Below the pieces are notes generated by a model. That model was not told where the DNA came from, made no database searches, and saw nothing but the letters and a program-made list of their open reading frames with translations. Positions 9,418-20,769 of a DNA stretch of 64,000 nt are shown in pieces (position 1 is the first letter of the stretch; the number at the start of each line of letters is the position of its first letter). The translations under genes were made by a program, and so were the position numbers. Source of the stretch: Gammaproteobacteria bacterium (GTDB lineage Bacteria; Pseudomonadota; Gammaproteobacteria; Tethybacterales; Persebacteraceae); the NCBI GenBank assembly GCA_965243565.1, contig OZ251571.1, positions 1,096,704 through 1,160,703 on the forward strand, in the 5' to 3' direction.

Positions 9418-10482
9418 TTAAGCCGTTTTACCCAACTCTGTAATGTGAGATTGTAAACGCTCATGCGTTCCGTAAAGAAAATGACGTTCCATATCTTCAT
9501 GATAACGCGATGCAGGGGGAGTACGCCCCATTGCCTCGGCAACTTCACGAATATGAATAGGAGCAGCCCCGCAACAAATACCCAAATATCTAACATCAAG
9601 TTTCCACGCCTCTTCGGCAAATTGACGAATTTCATAGCGGTTAACATACTTGGGATCTAGTGCCGTTGGAAAAGGTCTACCGTGCGGTGAAGGACAACCA
9701 CAATGAGGGTCATCATCTGACAAACTAAAGAAAGTTTGCTGTTCTTCTGATGTACGAAATGTTACTGGCAACGCTGCTATATGCCCTGATATTGCTTTAC
9801 GAATTTCTCGGATATGTGGCATCATCGTCGCAGGCCCCCGAAAACAATTCATGCCCACCACATCGGCCCCTCGTTGTGCTAATTCTTTACAAGTATCAAT
9901 AATGCTAACACCGTCGCGCATGTCCGCACCATGCATCGGTGATATGGTTATCACAGCGGGCAACCCTGCCGCCTGTATTGCTTCCAAAGCACAGTACGCC
10001 TCACCTGCATAATAAAAAGTTTCACCAATAACAAAATCAGCTTTCTCTTCCGCCGCCCATACTATCATTTCATCAAACATACCTCGTACTTCGGCTTGTG
10101 CTTTTTTATCGTCAGGATTCCACAAATTAGTATTGGATATATTCCCTGCCATTAAGTTTGGTCTTACCCCTTTGGGTGGGGTTTGTGCTACCGCTCGTGC
10201 AATCTGCAAAGCAGCACGATTTAACGGTTCTAAAAGCTGCTCTTTACCCAACACCCGCATCTTTTCGCGGTGACCGTTATAAGTAAATGCTTGCACCACA
10301 TCACTGCCCGCATGTTGAAAATCACGATGCAAAGAAGTTAATGCCTGTGGATTATCCAAAGCCACTTCGGGCACAAATGCCCCAGACGCCATGTAGCCAC
10401 GTCTCTCTACTTCAAATAAAAATCCCTCAGCGCATAAAACACCTTCACTGTCTAAACGTTCTTTTAATGTTGATTTTTCCAT
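9418..10482 (-). CDS. Homocysteine S-methyltransferase family protein, betaine-homocysteine methyltransferase-like
   Basis: EGFLFEVERRGY...FVPEVAL...LHRDFQHAGS N-terminus with Zn-ligand motifs GMNCFRG and LGICCG. Confidence 0.85.
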   Translation of the reverse strand: MEKSTLKERLDSEGVLCAEGFLFEVERRGYMASGAFVPEVALDNPQALTSLHRDFQHAGSDVVQAFTYNGHREKMRVLGKEQLLEPLNRAALQIARAVAQTPPKGVRPNLMAGNISNTNLWNPDDKKAQAEVRGMFDEMIVWAAEEKADFVIGETFYYAGEAYCALEAIQAAGLPAVITISPMHGADMRDGVSIIDTCKELAQRGADVVGMNCFRGPATMMPHIREIRKAISGHIAALPVTFRTSEEQQTFFSLSDDDPHCGCPSPHGRPFPTALDPKYVNRYEIRQFAEEAWKLDVRYLGICCGAAPIHIREVAEAMGRTPPASRYHEDMERHFLYGTHERLQSHITELGKTA

Positions 10483-10524
10483 GACAATACTCCGTTATTT
10501 TTTATAAATTTTATTCTTGTATTA

Positions 10525-10736
10525 TATCAAAATATCTAAAAATTGCTTATCGTGTACAATAGACGATAGGATTAGTAGTTAAGCACGTCTGCGTAGTATG
10601 AAAGTATTTGTATTCATACAGGTTTCTGCAATTTTTATAAATTAATTATTCGCAGGTGCTAGATGTGCTAACTACTTGGAGTTCTTTTATTTCAAAAAAA
10701 TTGGATACTTACCATTACACAACTAAAGATTATTGT
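10525..10736. repeat. 212-bp diverged direct repeat, copy 1
   Basis: Aligns to 21002-21213 without indels, 25 mismatches by manual count (about 88% identity). Confidence 0.95.
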
Positions 10737-10882
10737 GTATTTAGTTTCAATAACCTTGAGATTTTCACCGAAGCCTGTCGCAAAGAAACATAAATGATGA
10801 TATAACTCACTCTATGGCGATGCTTTCATAAGTATAATTTCGAGCTGATGGCTATTAAACGTATTTAAACAGGAACACAACA

Positions 10883-12439
10883 ATGACAAGTACCCAACAA
10901 CGCGCTGAACTACAACGCCAGATTTGGCAAATAGCGAATGAAGTTCGTGGCTCGGTCGATGGCTGGGATTTTAAGCAATATGTATTAGGCACATTGTTTT
11001 ATCGTTTTATCAGCGAAAACTTTGTCAGCTATATTGAAGGCGGCGATGAAAGCATCAACTATGCAAAGTTCCTCGATAAGAACATTACCGCCGACATCAA
11101 AGACGACGCCATTAAAACCAAGGGCTACTTTATTTACCCAAATCAATTGTTTGCAAACATTGCCGCAGACGCAAATGAAAATGGAAACCTAAACATTGAC
11201 TTAGCCTCGATATTTTCCGCCATCGAAAGCTCAGCCAATGACTACCCATCGGAAGATGATATTAAAGGTTTATTTGCCGACTTTGACACCACCAGTAACC
11301 GCTTAGGTAACACCGTTAAGGATAAAAATAGCCGCTTAGCTGCGGTAATAAAAGGTGTAGCGGGGCTAAAATTTGGTGAGTTTGACAGCAACCAAATTGA
11401 CCTGTTTGGCGATGCCTATGAGTTTTTAATTTCTAACTATGCCGCCAATGCCGGTAAATCGGGTGGCGAATTTTTTACCCCGCAACACGTCTCTAAGCTC
11501 ATTGCGCAACTTGCCATGCACGGGCAAACAAGCGTTAATAAAATTTATGACCCTGCCGCAGGCTCGGGCTCGTTATTATTACAAGCCAAAAAGCACTTTG
11601 ATGCCCACATTATTGAAGAGGGGTTTTTTGGTCAAGAGATTAACCACACCACCTATAATCTTGCCCGTATGAATATGTTTTTGCACAACATCAACTACGA
11701 CAAGTTTAATATGATGTTGGGTAACACACTTATAAATCCCCATTTTGGCGATGACAAACCCTTTGATGCGATTGTCTCAAACCCGCCTTATTCAGTGAAC
11801 TGGATTGGCAGTGATGACCCAACCTTAATTAACGATGACCGCTTTGCCCCTGCAGGTGTATTAGCCCCCAAATCCAAAGCCGATTTTGCTTTTGTGCTGC
11901 ATGCCTTAAGTTATTTATCCAGCAAAGGCAGAGCTGCAATTGTTTGCTTCCCCGGTATTTTTTACCGTGGTGGTGCCGAGCAGAAAATCCGCCAATACTT
12001 GGTGTATAACAACTATATCGAAACCGTTATTGCTTTAGCGCCTAATCTGTTTTTTGGCACCAGCATCGCCGTCAATATCTTGGTACTGTCCAAACACAAA
12101 ACCGACAGCACCACCCAGTTTATAAATGCGAGCGACTTATTTAAAAAAGCAACCAATAACAATGTGCTAACCGATGCCCACATCGAGCAGATTATGGACA
12201 TGTTCGATAGCAAAGACGATGTGGAGCATGTAGCGAAGTCGGTGAGTTTTGAGGCTATCGCCGCCAACGACTACAATCTATCGGTAAATTCTTATGTCGA
12301 AGCGAGAGACACCCGCGAAGTCGTTGATATTAAGAAGCTTAATGCCGAGCTAAAAACCACCGTCGCCAAAATTGACCAGCTTCGCACTGATATTGATGCC
12401 ATAGTTGCCGAAATTGAAGGGTCGGGGATTAAGGCATGA
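10883..12439 (+). CDS. hsdM: Type I R-M methyltransferase subunit
   Basis: [17 protein letters not shown] (SAM binding) and NPPY (m6A catalytic) motifs. Confidence 0.97.
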   Translation: MTSTQQRAELQRQIWQIANEVRGSVDGWDFKQYVLGTLFYRFISENFVSYIEGGDESINYAKFLDKNITADIKDDAIKTKGYFIYPNQLFANIAADANENGNLNIDLASIFSAIESSANDYPSEDDIKGLFADFDTTSNRLGNTVKDKNSRLAAVIKGVAGLKFGEFDSNQIDLFGDAYEFLISNYAANAGKSGGEFFTPQHVSKLIAQLAMHGQTSVNKIYDPAAGSGSLLLQAKKHFDAHIIEEGFFGQEINHTTYNLARMNMFLHNINYDKFNMMLGNTLINPHFGDDKPFDAIVSNPPYSVNWIGSDDPTLINDDRFAPAGVLAPKSKADFAFVLHALSYLSSKGRAAIVCFPGIFYRGGAEQKIRQYLVYNNYIETVIALAPNLFFGTSIAVNILVLSKHKTDSTTQFINASDLFKKATNNNVLTDAHIEQIMDMFDSKDDVEHVAKSVSFEAIAANDYNLSVNSYVEARDTREVVDIKKLNAELKTTVAKIDQLRTDIDAIVAEIEGSGIKA

Positions 12440-13605
12440 GCGATATGAGTTTTATGGAAAAGCTGCTTGAAGGTGTTGAGGTGGAGTGGAAGGCTTTGGG
12501 GGAGGCGACTGAAATCAAAACAGGTCAAGCAGTAAGTAAACAAGTGATTTTAGATAATTCTGGCGTGTATCCTGTAATTAACAGTGGCCGGGAACCACTT
12601 GGATTTATTGATGAGTGGAATACTGAAAATGACCCCATCGGTGTGACAACTCGTGGAGCGGGTGTTGGTTCTGTAACATGGCAAGAGGGAAAATATTTTC
12701 GTGGTAATTTAAATTACTCAGTGACCATAAAATTAAGTGCACAGGTTAATACTAGATATCTATATCATTTATTACTTGAAATGCACTCTGAGATCCAATC
12801 TATATCGAGCTTTTCAGGGATACCGGCTTTAAATGCTAGTGAGTTAAAAAAACTTCCAATCCCCGTCATACCCCTCGATATCCAAACAGAAATCGTCCGC
12901 ATTTTAGACGCATTCACCGAGCTTACCACCGAGCTTACCACCGAGCTTACCGCACGGAAAAAACAATACAACTACTATCGCGACCAGTTATTAAGCTTTG
13001 AAGAGGGGGAAGTGGAGTGGAAGACGTTGGGGGATGTGGCGGAGTATTCAAAAACAGGCATAAGCTTTGAAAAACTTGATAAAACAAATTATGTGGGGGT
13101 TAATAATCTCTTGCAAAATCGAGCAGGAAAAACAGAATCTAGTCATGTGCCAATCGAAGGTAATCTAACTGTATATTGTAGTAATGATATTTTAATCGGT
13201 AATATTCGTCCTTATTTAAAGAAGATATGGCACGCTGACCGTGTTGGTGGAACAAATGGCGATGTGCTGGTTGTTCATCAAATCGATGAGACAGTAAATC
13301 CACGATATTTATATCAGGTTTTGGCTGATGAAAAATTCTTTGATTACAATATGCAGCACGCCAAAGGCGCAAAAATGCCACGTGGCAATAAAGCTAAAAT
13401 AATGGAATATCGCTTTCCAGTCCCAAAGAATCTAACAGAACAAGCCCGAATAGTCGCCATCTTAGATAAATTCGACGCCTTAACCCACTCAATCAGCGAA
13501 GGTTTACCGCGTGAAATTGAGTTTCGCCAAAAGCAATATGAGCATTATCGTGATTTACTGTTGAGCTTTCCTAAAGTTGAGACCGAAGTAAAGGCAGAGG
13601 CATAG
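12436..13605 (+). CDS. hsdS: Type I (IC-like) specificity subunit
   Basis: [14 protein letters not shown] conserved regions, two TRDs and a central TELT repeat; ATGA overlap with hsdM. Confidence 0.95.
   Translation: MSDMSFMEKLLEGVEVEWKALGEATEIKTGQAVSKQVILDNSGVYPVINSGREPLGFIDEWNTENDPIGVTTRGAGVGSVTWQEGKYFRGNLNYSVTIKLSAQVNTRYLYHLLLEMHSEIQSISSFSGIPALNASELKKLPIPVIPLDIQTEIVRILDAFTELTTELTTELTARKKQYNYYRDQLLSFEEGEVEWKTLGDVAEYSKTGISFEKLDKTNYVGVNNLLQNRAGKTESSHVPIEGNLTVYCSNDILIGNIRPYLKKIWHADRVGGTNGDVLVVHQIDETVNPRYLYQVLADEKFFDYNMQHAKGAKMPRGNKAKIMEYRFPVPKNLTEQARIVAILDKFDALTHSISEGLPREIEFRQKQYEHYRDLLLSFPKVETEVKAEA
12916..12951 (+). repeat. 12-bp tandem repeat x3 in hsdS (TELT)3
   Basis: ACCGAGCTTACC repeated three times exactly. 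Confidence 0.95.
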
Positions 13606-13606
13606 C

Positions 13607-14761
13607 GTGAGTCAGTCTCTAACAGAAATAGCTCAGCAGTTAAAAGATGCTGATAAAAAAGTGCAATTAATTTATGCCTTTAATGGCACAGGTAAAACGC
13701 GCCTTTCGCGTGAATTTAAACAGCTAATTGCACCAAGGTTAGCAGGGCAACCAGAATCGTCGCATAAGAAAATCCTTTATTACAATGCGTTTACGGAAGA
13801 TTTGTTTTATTGGGATAATGATTTAGATAATGATGCGCAAAGAAAGTTAAAAATTCACCCTAACGCTTTCACTAAGTGGGTATTCGAAGACCAAGGGCAA
13901 GATCAAAATATCATTACTAATTTTCAACACTACACAAATGACAAATTAACACCTCATTTTAATGCAGAATACACAGTTAATGACAGAGATAATCATGAAA
14001 TTATAATAACAGCCTTTTCTGAAGTGACCTTTACTCATGAGCGCGGAGGCGATGAAATCTCAGAAGATATAAAAATATCTAAAGGTGAAGAAAGTAATTT
14101 TATTTGGAGCATTTTTTATACATTGCTTGAGCAAGTCATTAATATATTGAATGTTAGCGAAGAAAGTAATCGTGAAACGAATCAATTTGATCAGCTAGAG
14201 TATGTTTTTATTGATGACCCTGTGACCTCATTAGATGAAAATCATTTAATTGAGCTGGCAGTAAATTTAGCAAGTTTAATTGAATCTAGTTCTTCGGAAG
14301 TTAAATTCGTTATTACGACACATAACCCGCTTTTTTATAACGTACTATATAACGAGCTCGGAACAAAAACTTGTTATATGCTAGCTAAAAATGAAGATGG
14401 CACATTTGAGTTAAATGAGAAACAAGGCGATTCAAACAAGAGTTTTTCTTATCATCTGTTCTTAAAGCAGACCATTGAGCAGGCAATTAATAACAATAGT
14501 ATTCAAAAATATCACTTTACACTGCTACGTAATTTATATGAAAAAACAGCAAACTTTCTTGGCTATCCTAAATGGTCGGAATTGTTACCCGATGATAGAC
14601 AGGTTTACCTGAATAGGATTATTCAATTTACAAGCCATTCCACATTATCTAATGAAGCGGTTGCAGAGCCAACTGATGCAGAGAAGAAAACCGTTAAGTT
14701 ATTACTGGGTCATTTAGTTAAAAACTATGGTTTTTGCCAGCAAGGAGAACAAAATGATTAA
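13607..14761 (+). CDS. prrC: PrrC-like anticodon nuclease (ABC NTPase plus HEPN)
   Basis: [38 protein letters not shown] and FTSHS motifs recalled from E. coli PrrC; lies between hsdS and hsdR as in EcoprrI. Confidence 0.9.
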   Translation: MSQSLTEIAQQLKDADKKVQLIYAFNGTGKTRLSREFKQLIAPRLAGQPESSHKKILYYNAFTEDLFYWDNDLDNDAQRKLKIHPNAFTKWVFEDQGQDQNIITNFQHYTNDKLTPHFNAEYTVNDRDNHEIIITAFSEVTFTHERGGDEISEDIKISKGEESNFIWSIFYTLLEQVINILNVSEESNRETNQFDQLEYVFIDDPVTSLDENHLIELAVNLASLIESSSSEVKFVITTHNPLFYNVLYNELGTKTCYMLAKNEDGTFELNEKQGDSNKSFSYHLFLKQTIEQAINNNSIQKYHFTLLRNLYEKTANFLGYPKWSELLPDDRQVYLNRIIQFTSHSTLSNEAVAEPTDAEKKTVKLLLGHLVKNYGFCQQGEQND

Positions 14762-17700
14762 TTACACTAAAACCATTGCAGAATCGAATAACTTTATCGT
14801 ATTAGATAAATACACCAAGTCTTGGCAAGTCAATGAATCTTATCAAAGCGAATACGATTTAGAACGAGAGTTTATTACCGATTTGGAAAATCAGGGCTAT
14901 GAATATCTACCCGAGTTAAATACGCCTGTAAAAATGCTTGCCAATGTGCGGGTGCAATTGCAAACATTGAATAATATGCAGTTTTTAGATGCAGAGTGGT
15001 CGCGCTTTGTCGAGCAATATTTAGATAAGCCCAGCGATAACAGTACCGACAAAACCCGTAAAATCCACAATGACTATATTTATGATTTTGTTTTTAATGA
15101 TGGGCAGATAAAAAACATCTATCTGTTGGATAAAAAAAATACCATACGTAATAAAATGCAGGTGATTAAACAGTTTGAGCAGACTGGTACTCAAGCCAAC
15201 CGTTACGATGTAACGGTGTTAGTGAACGGTTTGCCCTTAGTACAAATAGAGTTAAAAAAACGCGGTGTCGCTATTCGCGAAGCCTTTAACCAAATACACC
15301 GCTACAGCAAAGAAAGTTTTAATACGGATAATTCACTGTTTAAGTATTTACAGATTTTCGTAATTTCTAACGGTACCGACAGCCGTTATTTTGCCAATAC
15401 CACCAAGCGCGACAAAAACAGCTTTGATTTCACTATGAACTGGGCAACGTCGGACAATAAGCTGATTAAAGATTTAAAAGATTTTACGGCGACGTTTTTT
15501 CAAAAAAACACCCTATTGAACGTGCTAATGCATTATTCGGTGTTCGATGTCAGCAACGCCTTGTTAGTGATGCGTCCCTACCAAATTGCCGCCACCGAGC
15601 GCATTTTATGGAAAATTAACAGTGCCTATCAAGCTAAAAATTGGAGCAAAACCGAAAGCGGTGGCTATATTTGGCATACCACTGGTTCAGGTAAAACCTT
15701 AACCAGCTTTAAGGCTGCGCGTTTGGCGACCGAGTTGAATTTTATTGATAAAGTGTTTTTTGTAGTTGACCGTAAAGACCTCGATTACCAAACCATGAAA
15801 GAGTATCAGCGTTTTTCGCCCGATAGCGTTAATGGCTCGGACAGTACTGCAGGGTTAAAACGTAATCTCGATAAAAAAGATAATAAAATTATTGTTACCA
15901 CCATTCAGAAGCTCAATAACTTAATAAAGAGTGAAGGCGACCTGTCTGTTTACACCAAGCAAGTGGTGTTTATTTTTGACGAGGCGCACCGAAGCCAATT
16001 TGGCGAAGCGCAAAAAAATCTTAAAAAGAAGTTTAAAAAATATTATCAATTTGGCTTTACCGGTACACCAATTTTTCCGCAAAACGCCTTGGGTGCAGAA
16101 ACTACAGCTAGCGTGTTTGGTCGTGAATTACATTCTTATGTGATTACCGATGCCATTCGCGATGAAAAGGTACTAAAGTTTAAAGTGGACTATAACGATG
16201 TACGCCCAAAATTTAGAAAGGCTGAAACTGAGCAAGATGAGAACAATCTCGCAGTAGCAGGAAGCAGACAGGCTTTATTGCACTCCGAACGTATTGGGGA
16301 AATTTCGCAGTACATCTTGAATAACTTCAGGCGCAAAACGCATCGCTCACATGTTGGCGCAAAAGGTTTTAATGCCATGTTTGCAGTGAGCAACGTGGAT
16401 GCCGCCAAGGCTTACTATGAGGCGTTTAAGAAATTGCAAAAGGATAAGGATAGCAATAAGCAACTTAATGTTGCTACCATATTCTCGTTTGCAGCCAATG
16501 AAGAGCAAGATGCCATCGGGGAAATTATTGATGAAAGTTTTGAACTCACTGCAATGGACAGCAGCGCCAAAGAGTTTTTAAGTGCGGCAATTGGTGATTA
16601 TAATGCTCAGTTTAAAACTAACTACGGTGTTGATAGTCATTCATTTCAAAACTATTACCGTGACCTTGCAAAACGAGTTAAAGACAAAGAAGTGGATTTG
16701 CTGATTGTTGTGGGTATGTTTTTAACCGGTTTTGATGCTCCAACTTTAAACACCTTGTTTGTCGATAAAAATCTGCGTTACCACGGCTTAATACAAGCCT
16801 TTTCACGTACCAACCGTATTTTTGGTACGCCCAAGACGTTTGGCAACATTGTTACTTTTCGCAATTTAGAACAAGCCACTATTGAAGCCATTACCTTGTT
16901 TGGTGATAATAACACCAAAAATGTGGTGTTAGAGAAAAGTTATAAAGAATACATGGAAGGCTTTACCGATATAGTAACAGGTAGGGCGCGACGTGGTTAT
17001 GTGGAAATAGTTGCGGAATTAAAAGACAATTTCCCCGACCCCGATAAGATAGTTAAAGAGCAAGATAAAAAGGATTTTGCTAAATTATTTGGTGAGTATT
17101 TGCGTGTCGAAAATGTGCTGCAAAACTACGATGAGTTTGCTGGGTTAAAAGCCCTGCAAAGTATAGATATAAACGACCCTACAGCCGTAGAGAAGTTTAA
17201 AGCTAAATATTATTTAAGCGATGAAGATTTCGCCGCTATGCAAGCGATAAATGTACCAACCGAGCGCACTATTCAAGATTATCGCTCAAGTTATAACGAT
17301 ATTCGTGATTGGCTTCGTCGTGAAAAATCTGGCAATGAACAAAATGAATCTAATATTGATTGGGATGATGTAGTTTTTGAAGTGGACTTGCTCAAATCAC
17401 AAGAGATTAATCTAGACTATATTCTGGAATTAATTTTTGAGAGTCATAAAAAGCATAAAAGTAAAGCAGAATTGATTGAAGAAGTACGCCGTTTAATTCG
17501 TGCAAGTCTTGGCAACCGTGCCAAAGAAAGTTTGATAGTCGATTTTATCAACCAAACTAACTTGGATGACATTCTCGATAAAACCAGCATTATTGCCGCT
17601 TTCTTTAGCTATGCTCAACAGCAGCAAGCGGATGAGGCAAAAGAGTTAATTCACTCGGAAAACTTAAATGAAGAAGCTGCTAAGCGTTATATCACGGCAT

Positions 17701-17861
17701 CTTTAAAGCGGGAATATGCTAGCGAAAATGGCACTGAGTTAAATGCCACACTGCCAAAAATGAGCCCATTGAATCCGCAATACAAAACTAAAAAACAGTG
17801 CGTCTTCCAAAAAATGGCTGATTTTGTTGAGAAATTTAAAGGCGTTGGTGGAGTGATTTAG
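14754..17861 (+). CDS. hsdR: Type I R-M restriction subunit
   Basis: [19 protein letters not shown] nuclease motif, HTTGSGKT and DEAH. ATG 14754 follows an AAGGAG RBS at 14742. Confidence 0.96.
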   Translation: MINYTKTIAESNNFIVLDKYTKSWQVNESYQSEYDLEREFITDLENQGYEYLPELNTPVKMLANVRVQLQTLNNMQFLDAEWSRFVEQYLDKPSDNSTDKTRKIHNDYIYDFVFNDGQIKNIYLLDKKNTIRNKMQVIKQFEQTGTQANRYDVTVLVNGLPLVQIELKKRGVAIREAFNQIHRYSKESFNTDNSLFKYLQIFVISNGTDSRYFANTTKRDKNSFDFTMNWATSDNKLIKDLKDFTATFFQKNTLLNVLMHYSVFDVSNALLVMRPYQIAATERILWKINSAYQAKNWSKTESGGYIWHTTGSGKTLTSFKAARLATELNFIDKVFFVVDRKDLDYQTMKEYQRFSPDSVNGSDSTAGLKRNLDKKDNKIIVTTIQKLNNLIKSEGDLSVYTKQVVFIFDEAHRSQFGEAQKNLKKKFKKYYQFGFTGTPIFPQNALGAETTASVFGRELHSYVITDAIRDEKVLKFKVDYNDVRPKFRKAETEQDENNLAVAGSRQALLHSERIGEISQYILNNFRRKTHRSHVGAKGFNAMFAVSNVDAAKAYYEAFKKLQKDKDSNKQLNVATIFSFAANEEQDAIGEIIDESFELTAMDSSAKEFLSAAIGDYNAQFKTNYGVDSHSFQNYYRDLAKRVKDKEVDLLIVVGMFLTGFDAPTLNTLFVDKNLRYHGLIQAFSRTNRIFGTPKTFGNIVTFRNLEQATIEAITLFGDNNTKNVVLEKSYKEYMEGFTDIVTGRARRGYVEIVAELKDNFPDPDKIVKEQDKKDFAKLFGEYLRVENVLQNYDEFAGLKALQSIDINDPTAVEKFKAKYYLSDEDFAAMQAINVPTERTIQDYRSSYNDIRDWLRREKSGNEQNESNIDWDDVVFEVDLLKSQEINLDYILELIFESHKKHKSKAELIEEVRRLIRASLGNRAKESLIVDFINQTNLDDILDKTSIIAAFFSYAQQQQADEAKELIHSENLNEEAAKRYITASLKREYASENGTELNATLPKMSPLNPQYKTKKQCVFQKMADFVEKFKGVGGVI

Positions 17862-18094
17862 TCAAAGTGCTTCAAGAAAGTTCATGCATAAAAAGGGCTA
17901 CTGTTGGCCGGACATTCAACTTCGCTCCAAATTTACCGCAGAATGTGGCATTAGATTTCATTCTCAGCACCAATCAATTACCAGGACTATTTAACTTAGT
18001 CATACGATATAATTTTGAACGAGGGTCGTTTGACACCATCTTTTGTGTTCTGTAATTACGAATGAATAAGGCAAAGAGTATTTTTTATGGCGGA

Positions 18095-18160
18095 CTAGCT
18101 ATACCCCATTACCCGAATTCTATCGGGCACTTGTTCAAGTAGTTTTTTATCTTTCCTATC
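18095..18160 (-). pseudogene. intI: Integron integrase N-terminal remnant
   Basis: Reads DRKDKKLLEQVPDRIRVMGYS*, like the IntI N-terminal KLLDQVR.RIR..HYS. Divergent from and immediately upstream of the cassette array; the rest is not recoverable. Confidence 0.55.
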
Positions 18161-18212
18161 TGTATTATATTTCTATCAACACTATCTAATTTTTACTTAT
18201 CATATGCAATAA

Positions 18213-18463
18213 ATGACATACTTACAATTAGCTTATTTACATCTTGGAACAATTTTTCCTGCTTTTTTACCGCTATTGTCACTTTATTTATGCCAGCAAA
18301 AATTGGTTCAACCGTTTTAAATCATTTTGGCTTTATTCATCTGTTTAGTTTTTTGGTATTGTATAGTGTCCCTACAGCGTATCTGGCAGTAAAAAGGAAA
18401 GATATAAAGCGACATCGCTTGGCTATGATTGGAGTTTACTTTGGTGGAAGTCACTGCTGTTGA
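18213..18463 (+). pseudogene. DUF2306-like membrane protein, internally deleted and frameshifted
   Basis: MTYLQLAYLHLGTIFPAF jumps frame to FTAIVTLFMPAKIG...NHFGFIHLFS...RHRLAMIGVYFGG; the middle segment is missing. Confidence 0.6.
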
Positions 18464-18550
18464 TGGCTTAGAATTTAATTTAGGTGACAGTAAAAAATTC
18501 AAAAGTTACTTGAAATATTTTAATTATGTTTTAATTAGATAGGATAAATA

Positions 18551-19012
18551 ATGAGTAAACGTATAGTATTAATTTCTGGAATAATATTGTTGTTATTGTC
18601 TGCGATAGGAGTTGCAGGGATAGGAATGATGAAAGGAAAAGGCATGATGAATATGTCCATGGTTCGTCATCATTACGTTATGAAAAATGGGATCGGTTCT
18701 GAATATTTCTCAAAGGAGAATCCGCTTGTTCTTAATAAAGATAATCTTCAAGTAGGGAAAATTCTTTATGAAAAGAATTGCTTAAGTTGTCATGGGGCAT
18801 CAGGTTACGGTGATGGTAAAGCAGGGAAAAACTTGAATCCTCGTCCAGCAAACATTGCCAATTTTAGTAAAATGCCAATGGCAACAGATGGGTATTTGTT
18901 TTGGACAATCTCTGAAGGTGGCATTCCTATCCAGACGTCAATGCCGCCATTTAAGAGCTCTATAAAAGAAGAAGAAATATGGAAAATAATTATTTATCTG
19001 CGAGACATGTAA
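18551..19012 (+). CDS. Monoheme c-type cytochrome (cassette gene)
   Basis: N-terminal hydrophobic segment, CLSCHG heme motif, distal MPPF methionine; attC follows the stop. Confidence 0.85.
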   Translation: MSKRIVLISGIILLLLSAIGVAGIGMMKGKGMMNMSMVRHHYVMKNGIGSEYFSKENPLVLNKDNLQVGKILYEKNCLSCHGASGYGDGKAGKNLNPRPANIANFSKMPMATDGYLFWTISEGGIPIQTSMPPFKSSIKEEEIWKIIIYLRDM

Positions 19013-19013
19013 G

Positions 19014-19070
19014 ATCTAACAAAGCACTCCAGCGGACGCCTAACGCCGCCGCTGAATTTGGTCGTTATAC
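19014..19070 (+). other. attC site 1
   Basis: ATCTAAC...CAGCGG...CCGCTG...GTTATAC, 57 bp. Confidence 0.9.
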
Positions 19071-19073
19071 ATC

Positions 19074-19276
19074 ATGGGAGCATTGAGGTGTGTGCTGGCA
19101 ATATTCTATGCACTATTAATTGCATCAAATACGGGTAATGAAACGATCGGTTTTAGTCTTCTTATTTCATCAGGATTGTTTGCTGGTTGGGCTGTAATCG
19201 ACAAACGATGGGCGTTTTTACCCTTCAGTTTTTCTATGCTGCTTCTGCTATAATTGGCTTGGTTCGATGGGCATAG
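19074..19276 (+). pseudogene. Small membrane-protein cassette gene with probable frameshift
   Basis: 59-aa hydrophobic ORF (19074-19253); an alternative frame supplies LQFFYAASAIIGLVRWA* ending next to attC 2. Confidence 0.5.
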
Positions 19277-19287
19277 CTATGATAAGT

Positions 19288-19344
19288 GTATAACAAATCA
19301 TTCCTGCGGACGGCTACGCCGCTCACTGAATTCAAGCGTTATGC
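19288..19344 (+). other. attC site 2
   Basis: GTATAAC...GTTATGC, 57 bp, inner stem partly degenerate. Confidence 0.82.
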
Positions 19345-19357
19345 AAAAGGACCGTGA

Positions 19358-19747
19358 ATGAATTGCCCTAATTGTATTGAGAAATTAACCCCTACAGATG
19401 CAAGTGGCGTACAAACCTATACTTGTAAATCTTGTAATGGGATTTGGATTCCTGAACGTTCGTTGGCTACATTGCTTAAGATAGAAAAGATCGATTTGAC
19501 TATTCGTGACTTGGTATTAAAGGAGGATGGCACAGAAGAAAGCACACGTAATTGCGCTTCATGCAAAACTAAAAAGTTAAATTTAGTGGTGAGTCACGGA
19601 GTTAAGTTAGATGTTTGCGTCAAATGTTATGGGTTGTTCTTTGACCAAAATGAGATAAATAAGGTTTTGCCAAAAACCCATCAGCCCCAATCCAATGATG
19701 GTACTCTGGCACAGACAGCATTGTTTGCCTTATTATCACTATTATAG
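19358..19747 (+). CDS. Tandem zinc-ribbon (zf-TFIIB-like) protein (cassette gene)
   Basis: Four CxxC pairs: CPNC, CKSC.GIW, CASC and CVKC.GLFFD. Confidence 0.75.
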   Translation: MNCPNCIEKLTPTDASGVQTYTCKSCNGIWIPERSLATLLKIEKIDLTIRDLVLKEDGTEESTRNCASCKTKKLNLVVSHGVKLDVCVKCYGLFFDQNEINKVLPKTHQPQSNDGTLAQTALFALLSLL

Positions 19748-19762
19748 GTGGTGCAAGCCAAT

Positions 19763-19881
19763 GCATAACAAATTGCAGCAGCCTGAAAAACGGTACTACA
19801 CGATTTTTGTGTTACTGGCTACCGCTCAACAATAATACAAAAACCGCTCCGCACCGTTTTCATCTGTGCTTGGCGTTAGAT
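19763..19881 (+). other. attC site 3 (long, 119 bp)
   Basis: GCATAAC...TGAAAAACGGT/ACCGTTTTCA and TTTTGTGTTA/TAATACAAAA stems...GTTAGAT. Confidence 0.9.
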
Positions 19882-19897
19882 AAATTAGGAAAAAAAT

Positions 19898-20374
19898 ATG
19901 AGAACACTGATAATTACAATACTTCTGAGCATATCTGTACAAGCTCATTCAACATCTGTATTTCCAAAAGAGCTATATGAACTTGTTGCCTTATCTGACC
20001 ATATTCTCGCAGTTAAGATAGTCGACGTAACTATGATCAATGAAGAAGGTAAGCAACTAACAGACCCTAGTTCCAGAACAGGGCCAGGTACTTACAATAC
20101 AATTCGGCTTCATGCCAAAGTGCTTGATAATGGCATCATAAAAACCAGCTCAGCAAAACTACCTGAGACTATTATTATTCCTCTTTTTCAATTGTGGCAT
20201 TATTCTTTAGGGCAGGTACAAGGAGAAAAAGGCAATGAAATAATTGTGTTACTTAAGGGCAATAGCTACGAACCAGCGTATCCGGCTCTGTTCCGCCAGT
20301 CATTGCAATCAAGAGAAGAAATTATACAATTACTCAACAATCCATCTAACAAGTGCAAGCAACAGGACTGTTAA
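19898..20374 (+). CDS. Hypothetical secreted protein (cassette gene)
   Basis: Signal-peptide-like MRTLIITILLSISVQAHS, an AGGA RBS, and a reading frame that runs into the attC R'' box. Confidence 0.7.
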   Translation: MRTLIITILLSISVQAHSTSVFPKELYELVALSDHILAVKIVDVTMINEEGKQLTDPSSRTGPGTYNTIRLHAKVLDNGIIKTSSAKLPETIIIPLFQLWHYSLGQVQGEKGNEIIVLLKGNSYEPAYPALFRQSLQSREEIIQLLNNPSNKCKQQDC

Positions 20375-20400
20375 AATTTTAACGCATTTTAACGTTATTG
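20344..20400 (+). other. Truncated attC site 4
   Basis: ATCTAAC left arm (AAGTGCAAGCAACAGGACTG) present; no matching right arm. Confidence 0.6.
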
Positions 20401-20766
20401 AACGGAATTGAGAAAGTTGGATCTGCTCATGAAACTGTATTATTGTTTCCATTTTCGAGCATGGCAACACAACCAAATTGGACAGATATATGTCCAAATC
20501 TTGATGTTTCTTACTGCAAAGGCGTGGGGGAAAATGCTCATAATAATTCAACAAACTCACCGTTATTGCATGGTATCAAACTCGGTAAAATAATAGGGGT
20601 TACATGGAGGCCAAAAGGCTCATTAATTGGAGTTTCTGCAGCTATTCCAGCCGCAAACATACCCAAGAGTATTCGTAAATCTCCAAGAGATGCCTATTAC
20701 TATATTATCAATGATGCATCCAATAAACCTTTTGTCAGGCAGTGTCGAGAAATTGATGCAAAATAA
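20398..20766 (+). CDS. Hypothetical cassette gene, probably 5'-truncated
   Basis: 122-aa open frame ending just before an attC arm; TTG start only, no RBS. Confidence 0.45.
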   Translation: MNGIEKVGSAHETVLLFPFSSMATQPNWTDICPNLDVSYCKGVGENAHNNSTNSPLLHGIKLGKIIGVTWRPKGSLIGVSAAIPAANIPKSIRKSPRDAYYYIINDASNKPFVRQCREIDAK

Positions 20767-20769
20767 CAG

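Noticed and set aside
17867-18055. 62-aa ORF after hsdR
   Set aside because: No recognisable family; the region looks like degraded intI/attC debris on the opposite strand.
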